Shown here: positions 48,767 through 60,100 of the stretch, piece after piece | How positions within the stretch are numbered: the stretch's first letter is position 1 | Layout: each line of letters begins with the position of its first letter | Source: Paraspadella gotoi | Lineage: Eukaryota > Animalia > Chaetognatha | Assembly (NCBI GenBank): GCA_051294375.1 | Contig: JBJCIZ010000239.1 | Span: 1,444,581-1,508,580, forward strand | Direction: 5' to 3' | Length of the DNA stretch: 64,000 nt | The notes under the pieces: model-generated | What the model was told of the DNA's origin: nothing | Database searches by the model: none | What the model saw: only the letters and a program-made list of their open reading frames with translations | Made by a program: the position numbers and the translations under genes

Positions 48767-51099
48767 CTCCCCACAAAAATCTTTTCGAAAAGAGATGAGA
48801 GAAAATACCTTTTCGTTTCAAATAAAAAAAAAAACTATAAATTTTTTTTGTCAAAATTTCGCCCAAAAAAAAAAAAAAAAAAAAAAAAATCGGAAACCGT
48901 TTTTTCTCGCGCAAATTTTATCATCTTGTTTTCGTTGTGAAGGAACGATTTTAAATTCTCACGGAATAAATCAATAAAATACAAATTTACATATCCAAAA
49001 CATAACCAAAATAAAAACAAAAAACAACCACAACAAAACGAAACCACTTGACGATGCCCCTCCCCGAAACGTCTTCCCCCTCCGGCGTCAAACGGCGACA
49101 CTCGGAACTCCTCGACGAATTCCGGCGACGAAACGGCGGCGCAGCTGGAACGCCGCGGCGCTGCTCCGCCGACGACATGGATCGGCAGCGGCGACGCGCG
49201 GAGGCTTACGAGTTTCTCTGCCACTTGGAGGAGATTCGAGCTTGGATCGGAAGGTTTGTAGTTGAGTGTTAAAGAATTTTAGTAATGTAATAAATGAATT
49301 GGCCTTTAATAAAAATCATTTACGCTAATAAACAGTATAAAATGAAGCTGTTAAAAACTGATCAGTAAAAAAAACAAATTAAATTGCAACGTGAAGTTAT
49401 AACACTTTAATAATTTACTACATTATGTAAATGAGATTTATGATCTCATTTATACCTCGAACCTTTCTGACACAGGTGCGTCGGCGTGGAAGTTCCCCGC
49501 GCGACCGAGTTGGCTGAGAACCTACGCAACGGAGTGCTGCTGGCAAAGTTAGCCAGAGTTTTCGAAGGCGGCGGCGGCAGCGGCAGCGGCGGCGGCAGCG
49601 GCAGCGCTGTCTTCGACGAGGACGAAGCTCGTTACATGTCCCGCGGCCTTTGCTTCAAACACACGGAGAACATCAACCGATGGGCGAAGATGTTGAAGAA
49701 ACTAGAATTTCCCGCAGATCTTGTTCCAGATACGATAGACGTCTATGAGGGGAAGAACACGCCCAAGGTGAGGTAGGGTAAGGTTCTTTGACGAAATGGC
49801 CTGATGTGCATATCTAGCAAATATCAAACCCATTACTATAGGAGGGCAAATTGAAATGAACCGATTTAAGTTCAGCACTACGATATGTAAATGAGATTGA
49901 GAACTTCAATTAGATAATCATGCCTTACGCCCATTACATTGCTTCAGTATTTCAAAATCAAATGGTCATTAAAATGAAAATCTTTATAAATAAAAAAAAA
50001 AGCTTTAACCTTTATTCGTAAAAATATAATTTGTCTCCAACACAAGAATTATGTGTAATGGTAATTGAGTATCTACCATTGTACTGGTATATTATTTTGA
50101 AAAAACCTTAATTTAAAAAGCGAATTTAATTTAATTAGATTTTTCGAATTATTCAAACTCCAGCTCGTCTTCTGCCTCCACGCCTTCGCCCTCCACCTTT
50201 TCAAAAAAGGCCTGGCCTCTCCCGTCGACGATCTCGTTGGTAAAGTCGACTTCACGGACGCGGAAGTGTCGGCCATCGCCAGAGAGTTGGCCAAATTCGG
50301 CCTGGAGATGCCCACGTTCTCCAAGATCGGAGGTACGTTGACGGCGGACTTGAGAGTGGACGAAGCGGCCCATCACGCCGCCGTCATCGCCATCAACGAA
50401 TGCCTCGACGGTGACGCCCCCGAGGCTGAGGACCCCGTTCCGGCGCTCCTCGAGGCGTTCCGACGCCCCGCGGCGGCTTTGAAGGATGTGGACGAACAAT
50501 TGGGGAAGGAGTACTTCGAGGATCTGCTTGGAGCGAAAGAGGAAAAAGCCTCCAACGTGTTGAACCGAAGTCTTCATCTCAATCTTTCCGTGGACGCCTA
50601 CGACGAGATGTTGACCGGAGCCGAGATCCAAGGCTTCGTCCACTCGGTCAATCGGCGCCGGGCCCTGGAGGATCTTGGAGCGGCGCGGGAAACCGACGCC
50701 GGAGTCGTCCTGGAGGCTTTGAAGGATCGAAGGCTGGGGTTGAGCGGCGTCGCGGACGAGCGAGTTGATGAATACAGGCGTGGGTTGAAAATGATGGAGA
50801 GTCTCGCACGCGAGGATGTCCAGAGTCTCGTCGACGAAGTCAACAAAGGCTTCGTCGAGGCAAAGTTTGTCGAAGACGTCAACGAGGCCGTCAAGGATCA
50901 AGACTGCGACAGGCTACTTGGGATTCTCCGCGGGGCGAGTCTGGACCTGCCCACGATAAAGAGAAAGGCGATCCCGCTTTTTGTCGAGGAAGTCGGAAGG
51001 TCAGCTACGGATAAGTAAACTGATCCAGATTAAGAATACTACAAAATAAGCTGGGGTTTTTTTTCCAGATTTAGAAGAGAATAATTTTTAGGGGAGTGG

Positions 51100-51154
<55 letters not shown>

Positions 51155-54100
51155 AGAAAAGGAAAGAGAGAAAGAGCAAGAGATGAAAAGAGAGAGAGAG
51201 GGAGGGAGTTAAAAGAAAGGTAGGCAAGGAAAAGAGAGGGAGAGATGGAAANNNNNNNNNNAAGAGGAAGAGGGAGAGAAGAAAGGGGGAGAAAAAAGAG
51301 AATAAGAGAGAGAACCAGAGAATAACTTCCTGCCTTCACGTCTTCAGCACGATCCTCTCCACCCAAAGTGACGCCGCTCTCCCCGACATCCTTCATTCTC
51401 TCGGCGTCGTCTCCGTCGTCGTCGCCATCAACGACGCCGTCTCTCGATCCGACGCCGCTTCGCTCCTCCTCTTCCTCCGCAACGACGCCGTCGGCTTGGA
51501 CGTCGACGAGAACGGCTACCTCGTCGGCCGGTACGTGTCAGTTTCTTTAATCTCATTTACATATTGGGGTATTTGGATAAAACTTGAAATATTTTAAAAA
51601 TTTTTTATCGGGATGTTAATAATTTTTTCGATAATTTGGGACATTCAACGATAATAACAAAAACTCAATCATTTTATATATTACCTTTAGTAAATGACTA
51701 AGTTTGCACTCTTAGATACATTTCTAGGCTCCATGTACAATTGTACATTCGATTAGGATTCAGAGTTTTTATAACACTTTTTCTTCATCATGTTCAAATT
51801 ATAACTCGCAATGCTAGAAAGCGTTTTTAGATTGATCAAACAACGATTTTATTAGTATGAGACGGACATGTTTCGGCTTTAGTTGTACAACCTTCATCGT
51901 CGTCAGAGATATTTGTGAATTTTCAAAAAAAAAGTTTGTGCAAAGGAAATGAGAGAGAGAGAGAGAAAAAATAAAAAAAACTCAAAAAATGCTGAGAATT
52001 AGGTGGCGGTTGATGGACTGAGGAAAATATTTGTTTTCATTTGAGAAAAGAAGAGGATCAAGATTATTGGGTTGTCAAATGGGACCTTAGAGTGACAGAC
52101 ATATAGTTAGATATAGTTATTGAAATGTTTAACTCATGTTTTGTGTATTGGGGGTGTCATTGTTACTGTTTTTATGTCATTGTTGCCAATTCACAAATTC
52201 CTTCCCCAACTCTCTCGAAGATCAATATGTTTTTATCAATGCATAATCCTTCTTTACTCTTCTTCACCCTGTCCAGATACCTCGAGTGCCTTTCCAAACT
52301 GTCGTCGGCCAAAGAAGCCTCCACGCCTGACTGTCCGCTGTTGACTCTGGCCGACATCCAAGATTGCGTCCTTCAAGTTGACGAAATGACGAAACGCGAA
52401 GAGGACGAGTTGGTCCTCGTAGCATCGATAAACAACGCCGTCGCGAAAAATGACGCCGCGGCTTTGATGGCGGCGCTGCGGTCGGAAACGGCAAGAGAGT
52501 CGATCGGCGTCGACGCGATTGTCGAGTCCAACGCGCCGCTTTACTTGAAGACGCTGAGAAACGCCGAATGTCGCCGCGGCGCGGGAGATCTCCTCCGGCG
52601 CGAGGATGTCCAGTACTTGACGGCGAAAGCGCGCCGGATCGTCGTTGTCGCCGGGGAGATTGCAGAGTTTGCTTCCGAAGTCAACAAAGAGCTTGAGGCC
52701 GGCGCCGAAGATGCCTTTGCGGCGCTGATGCTGCGCTCTGCTACGGCACTGCGCAACGTGGTTCCGGAAAACGTCGCCGATTACTTCGAAGATTTGAAAC
52801 GTATCAAGGATCGCCGCGGCGTTGGCGGCAGCGGCAGCTGCGGCGCCTCAATGTGGGTCAGGAATTCCACTCGAGACAGAATTCATCATTTCGTCGATCT
52901 GTCGACGATGGAATCGAGTTGGGAGGCGCCGCCGGGATTCTCTCCCTCGGGCGGCGCCTGTCTCGGTAACGAGGAACTCCAAGAGGTCGTGGATCGGGTC
53001 AACGCCGCTAAGAGTCGACTTCAACTCTATAAATCCATCGATCCTGTGATATCGAGATTTCAAGCGTTGTGTCGCGGCGTCCTTTCTCGGCGCCGGTTTT
53101 TGTGTCGAATGGAATTTCTCCGGCGACAGACGATAGCGGCGACGAAGATTCAAAATTGGTGGAAGTCGAGGTTGAACCGGCGTCGTCTTGAGGAACGCGT
53201 GCGGCGTTCTATCGGCGGCGTCGATGGAGTCGTCGCCATTCAACGATGGTGGCGACGAACTCTCGTCGCCAGAGAATTCGAAAAACGACGCCGGTTTTAC
53301 GAGACCTACTCTGACGCCGCGATTCGCATCCAGGCGTGGTGGCGCGGCATTCGAGCGCGCCGCGACTACCGGATACTTACAAGCGACGCCCCTTTGCCGC
53401 TCGACGTTCTTGTCAAGTTCCTTCATCTTCTCGACAACCACGGAGAAGACTTTCGTCAGGAGTTGGAGCTTCAGCGACGACAACGTCGGGTCATCCAGCT
53501 CATCAAGGCCAACCGGCAGATGGAAAAAGGGTTGGAGGAAATGGACGTCAAGATCGGTCTCTTGATTCGCAACAGGATCAACCTGCAAGATGTCGTCCAG
53601 CAGAACAAGAAGTTGAGGGTTTTTGGACAAGGGAAGGAACGGGGAAGAGCGGACGAGATTCTTCAGCGACGAAGCGGATTGAAGGAGATGAATGCTGCGT
53701 CGAGGAAGAAGTTGGACGCTTATCAACGTTTATTTTATTCTCTGCAAACGAATCCAGTTTATTTGGCGCGACTCATTTATGAGGTTCCGCAGAACAGGTA
53801 TGGGGGAGATTGAATGATAGAATGAAATGGAATAGAATTGAATTGATGAAATGGAATAGAATTGAATTGATGAAATGGAATAGAATTGAATTGATGAAAT
53901 GGAATCGAATTGAATTGATGAAATGGAATTGAATTGAATTGATAAAATGTTGAAATGGAATAGAATTGAATTAATGAAATGGAATAGAATTGAATTGATA
54001 AAATGTTGAAATGGAATAAAATTGAATTGATGAAATGGAATAGAATTGAATTCATGAAATGATGAAATGGAATAGAATTGAATTGATAAAATGATGAAAT

Positions 54101-57100
54101 GGAATAAGAGTGAAATGATGAAATGGAATAGAATTGAATTGAATGAAATAGAATTTGAATAGAATAGGATGGAAAAAATGAAAATAGAAAATAAAGACTA
54201 GAATGGAATATGGTTAAATAAAAAGAGATGGCAAATATTAGGAAAACGGGATGTTTTGAAAACTTAACTTCAAGATATAAAATTAAAATTTCTTTATTTT
54301 CCTAAAATTTTATATAAAGTTGAGACCCTAAAACAAATCAAATTTAAACAATCCAAAATGATCACTATGAAAAACTGTGTGCATTAGTTAGAAGCTATCT
54401 GGTATATGGTAACTACTGGGTGATATCAAACCCACGAAATCTAAGATTCTAGTATTTAAAATGCTCACCAAAAAAATGATCTTCGTCCCCTTAAAGATCC
54501 ACGAAATTCATGGAATCCGTCGTCCTCACCCTCTACAATTTCGGCGCCAACCCGCGAGAGGAATATTTCCTCGTCAAACTATTCGAGACGGCGTTGGCTC
54601 GAGAAGTGGATGCCGTCGAATCCGTCGCCAAGATGGTCGACGTCCTCAACGCCAATCCGCTCGTCGTCCGCATGATCATCTCGTACGCGAGGAGCGCCGG
54701 GGCGCCGCGAAGAGACGGCGCCGGGGATGATGCTCCGATTCAGGAGGCGTTGAAGGATGTCTTCGAGGAGGTCGTGACGACGACCTTGAAGGATCCCGAT
54801 CTTCGCATCGAAACCAATCCGATAGATATCTACAAGAGGTGGGTCAACGGCGTAGAGACCCGCACCGGGCGCCGCGCCGAGATTCCCTACGACGTGACCC
54901 TGGAGGCGGCGTTGGATCAGGCCGTCGTCCGGGAAAGGCTCGAAGCTTCCGTCGCTTCCTTGAAGGCCTACGTGGACAAATTCCTCGACGTTATTCTCTC
55001 GAGTCACGACCGCCTTCCCTACGTCATCCGCCACGCGGCCAAGATTCTCCGTCATCGTTTGTCCGCCAAATTCCCGACGGCGTCGGCCAGGTCGCTTCTC
55101 AAAGTCGTCGGCAATTTGATTTACTATCGCTTCATCAATCCGGCGATAGCGGCGCCCGATTCGTTCGGCGTCGTCCGGCCGGCGTCGAATCGATGCCTGA
55201 CGACTGAGCAGAGGAGGAATTTGGGGTCGATCGCGAAGGTATGAGATTTTAAATTGGGAAGAGATTTATCAGGGATTTATTAGAGATTTGGTGAGAAATT
55301 TGAAAGTGGTTTAGGGTTAATTTTACTTACGCCGACCGTGGTTAGGGGGGGGGTTAGGGTTAAGTGGTTTAGGGTTAAGAGGATTTATGGTTAGGGTAAT
55401 TGGGTAATAATTTTTTTTAAATAAGTAATTTTAAAAGGTTTTTCAAAACCATTTAAATATTTTTCCGAGCAAAATTCATTATTCTATCATGTAGTTCTTC
55501 CCCACCAACAAGTGAGCATCTGCTCAGCAAACGCGACATCTCCCGAGAGAAAAACGAAAGAGGAAACCTCCTCTTCCCCGCCTTCTCTTCCCCCTCCCGT
55601 ACGCTACCTCAGTACGCCGACACGAGACAATCACTTCTTCTGTTCGCGCTTTTGCGCTCACAGTCTCCCGGCTTTTTACGAAAATATTTTTTGATTATTT
55701 TTTGAATAAATTTTGCATATTTTTCGTTCCTTTTTTTTTGGAGTTCAGAATACAGATATTCTTCGACACGTGGCTTTGAAGTTTCTCTTCACGGCCGCCA
55801 TCTTTTTTCGTCTTCGTTGTGCGTGGCTTCGGAGGGAAGAGCCTTGACTCGGCCCTTTCGCTTGCCCTCGACGCACCCTGCGCGGCTGCGGAGGGAAGAG
55901 CCGCGACTCGGCCCTCTCGTTTGCCCACGGCGCTTAGTACGGCTGCAGGGGGGAAGAACCTTGTTTCGGCCCCTTGTTTGTCCAGTGCTCTCCGTTTTTT
56001 GGACTGAGGCGCGCGTTTTCAACTCGACTACCCTCATGTCTCTTCCGCCGCCGCCTTCGCCGCCGCCTCCACCGCCTCCACCATCAGCCATTCCGGGCTT
56101 TTCTGGTCAGGCCGAAGTCATGCCCCTTCAGATGGAGGCAGTTCTCCAAATTAGCAACGCTCTTTCTAGCGTTCGTCGCAAATTTAGGGAGTTTCGCCGC
56201 TCGTCTCGTTCCGAATTGGAGAGTCTTCGGCGGTGAGTTCTTCTTTCTTTTCGTTTTTGTTTTTCGCCTTTTTTTGGCGTACATTTCGGCGTACAGAGGG
56301 GTTTTCCTCCTGTGCCCCACCTAACTCGACTTTGTTTGTTTTGTTTTTTGTCGGGCCTTCGCCTGGTCTTGTTACAGGCTCACTTGTTGGTGGGGAAGAA
56401 CTACATGATAGAATTTATGGTTCCAAGTAGAACCGGGATTCTTCATGGTTCTTCCCCACCAACAACCACCCACCGTCCACCCCTGGCACCACCGTGGTGG
56501 AGGTCGGCTCAGGCTCGCTTGTCTTGTTTGGTGGGGTGTTTTTTGGGGTTCTTTTTTTGAGACTGTCATTTTTCAATGATTTCTCTTTTTTTTTTCCATG
56601 TACGTTTTCTTCATGGTTCTTGGACGCCTCTGTTTGCCATTTCGCCGTTCTTCGTCGGTCTTCGTTGTACGCCAGCGACTTGGAGTCTTCGCGTTCTTTG
56701 GCGGCCTCTTCGGCGGCGGATCGGCCTTCACGCTCCGAGCGGGTGACTGCGTCACGCCTTCCTCGTCGAGCCCCATCTGCGCAAGTCGACGACGACGCCT
56801 CCGTTTCTGCTGCGGGGTTGGACAACTTCTTGTCTCGTCGTGCTTCTGTACAGCCTTCGGAGTGGGTCCTACAGCAGTGGAGGGTTTTGCGCAGAGTTGG
56901 CCAGGACGACGTTCTTTACCGTCGTGGGACGTTCTTTCCGCCTATACGCGTTTCCGGCGCTGGTCGGATGTCTCTTCGCCGGCGGATTTCGTCCTCCTGC
57001 TCAAGAGAGTTGCCTTGCCGCTCAGTTCGACGCCGTTCGGAAGGACTCCAAGACGACGCGCGGCTTTTGAGCGCATCATGAGGGACGCCGGAGCGTCCGC

Positions 57101-60100
57101 TCATGCTGTCCTTTCTGTCGCTGACGCTCTCCGCCTCATGGTTGAGGCCCTTCGCTCGGAGGGGCCCGGTGCAGTGGACGCAGGCCACCTTGACGATCTT
57201 GCCAAGCCCCTTAGAGACGCCTCGTCGGGTTTGGCGGCGATTTTTGGCCCTCTCCGAGTCTCGGCGCTTAGTTGTCGACGCTGCCCCTTCGGATCTCAAG
57301 ACAGTTCTGTCCAGTTCTCCGCCCTCCACGTCGTTCTTTTTCGGAGACCGCTCCACAGACATCACTCAAGCGTTCCATTCTTCGCTTCTCCGCTCCGGGG
57401 CGCCTCACTATTGCGCCAGTTCTGTTAGCCGCAAGCATGGGCGTGGCAGTCCGCGTAATCCCGCTCGCCGTCCCTACTGGCCTCGCAAGTTTTTGCCGCC
57501 TCCCAAGCGTAGGGGCGGGACTCCAGGGACGTCAAGGACGCCAACTGATCGCCCGACAGCTCTTTCGGCCGTTGCTTCGTCCGGCCGTCAGTTTCTCCAG
57601 ACCCGGTTTTCGTCCATGGACTGGTTCTTTTTGCGGTTTCTCATCCCCCCTTCTACGACGTCCGGTCAAGTGGGCGTGGCACGTCACCGGAAGTCTTCAC
57701 GGGATTCCCCCCTCTTGGTTTGCTTGGTTACGAGTGATTCTGTCTCGTGTCGGCGTACTGAGGTAGCGTACGGGAGGGGGAAGAGAAGGCGGGGAAGAGG
57801 AGGTTTCCTCTTTCGTTTTTCTCTCGGGAGATGTCGCGTTTGCTGAGCAGATGCTCACTTGTTGGTGGGGAAGAACCATGAAGAATCCCGGTTCCACTTG
57901 GAACCATAAATTCAAAATGTTGTAATCACTGAACAGTGAACACTGAACACAGTATGTTAATTTTGAATTCGCTCGGCAGAAGCATTATCGTTGCCCCCTT
58001 TTTCCTCTTCTCTCACTCCTCTTAACCCCTTTGATTCAAAATCGTTCCCTTTCCCCCTTCCCCCAAACCCCCTGCCTTCCTCTCCCTCCACCCCGCCCTC
58101 CCAACCCGCCAGATCCTCCAACTGATCGCCTCCAAGAAAGGCTTCGGTCCGGACTCTCCGCATCTCGTTCCCCTCAACTCTTTCATCGAATCTTCGCACG
58201 AGAAGATGAAGAGATTCTTCCTCGTCGCTTCGGATGTCGACGATCCCGAGACGAGGTTCAATATGACGAGGTTTTACGACGCTACGCTTTTGACTAAGGT
58301 GGAGTGAATATTTGTTTTTGAAAGCCTGGTTAAATGATAAAAAAATGTAATATATTTAATATTTATTTAAATAATTTTATCATTTTAATTCATCAATTTT
58401 TTTTTAAATATGAATATAAATCTAAATTTAAAAGTTAAATTTTTTAAAAAATAATTTAATTAAATTATTTACAATAAATAAAATTAAATAAAAATTATAA
58501 TCTTACATGAAAATTTTCTTATTTTTTATTTAAGTAATATTTTTTTATCAATTTTTTTATATATAAAAATAGTTTTATTTTTAAAATTTAAAACTAAATC
58601 TTATAAGATAATCTCTAAACGTGACTTTTTATAACGCTCCAACTCCTACTCCAACTCCAACTCCCACAGCCTTCGATCTCGATGCCCGCCGGCGAAATCC
58701 TCGCCGCCCATCGCCTCCTCCTCGAATTCGAAGCCGCCGTCGCTCCCGACCCCGACGACCCGCTCCACGACGCGTTGGAGGAGCTGGGGGAAGTCGGCGG
58801 GATCGACGAGCTGCTGGAGCGAGGAATGCCCGGAGGAGAAGCGTCGACGGAAGAATTGGAAAAGCGGGAGATTTTGTTGACCCTCTCGCCGACGGAGACT
58901 TGGGGCGAAGGGGAGACCAAGCGATCCTCGGCGCAGAGCTTGTACGTCAAGACCAAGCACATGGTCGTCGATGTCCTGCGCGGACAGAGCGGCCAATCGC
59001 TCCAGCGAATCCTGCAGACGCCGGCGACGCCCGAGGAGGAGCGACGTCACAAGCAGACGGTCGGACGGAAGATTAAATCGACGACGAAGATCGAAGGATC
59101 GATTCTCAGTCCCAACGCGGCCGTTCTGAAGGAGCGGCTGCTACCCTTGGACAGGATCAAGCCCAAAGTGATCCTCAACGTGCGTCAGTTGGAGCGAGTC
59201 GGAGCCGTCGGAGGGGAAGACCCTTTCGACGCTATCGTCGACGACGTGGCCGATGATCTGAGGAATCATCATCAGCACCGAAATCAGCGTCGACGCGAAT
59301 TGGCAAGAATGGGAGACGCCCTCTGTCGGTTGGAGGAAAAGGAAAAGTTCTTGAGGGAACAAGCCGAGAGTTACGATCAATACATTCGATCCTGTTTGGC
59401 CAATCTCGGCCCCGCAGGCGCTAAAAAGGGCGGCGGGGGGCGTGCCGCCGCCGCCTTTCTCCGATCGGGATTCGCCGCCTCCATTCGTGGGTCCCTGCGG
59501 TCTTCGGCGGCGCGGCCGAAAAAGACCGGCGGTGTCAAAGGTCCGGTCAGGATGACCGGACGCGAGCTTCACGAAAAGGGCATCCTCGTCTCGCTGAGCG
59601 GCGTCGCGGTCAACGACTTGAAGGACGTGCTTTTCGTGATTAAACCGACGCCGTTGTCGGGGGTGTTCGAGGTGGGCGCCCGGTATTTGGGCGTGGCTTT
59701 GGAGGGAGCGGAGATCGTTTTTCAGGATTTGCTGCGGTTGCAGTACGAGAACGTCAACGTCGTCGCCATCGATCGAGCGGAAATCAACGTCAACCTTTTG
59801 ATCTTTTTGATCAATAAAAAGTTTTATGGGAAATGAAGAATTTAAAGGAGAGAAGTTTTGTTTGTTTGTTTGTTTGTTCATTCATTCATAATTCATTACA
59901 GCAAACGATTTCTTTTATTGCAGCGTGCGGTTGCTGTGCTTTGTACAATTCCAGTATTCTGATCTATGAGATTTTCTACATACATTTTTCTGTAAATTGT
60001 AAGCGTTTTTTTTTTCTGTTTATTTTTAAGATCAATAAATGTCTCGGAAACATTCGACCGTTTGATTTTTATCCAAATTCATTAGATTAATTCTAATAAG

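Noticed and set aside
53810-54175. GGAAT satellite as human HSAT contamination
   Set aside because: It lies within a phase-consistent IQGAP intron, has its own 24-bp unit and decays gradually into flanking sequence.
50149-59881. Long antisense ORFs over IQGAP exons (250, 292 and 246 aa) and over gene B (214 aa)
   Set aside because: Shadow ORFs expected from GC-rich codon usage; no independent motifs.
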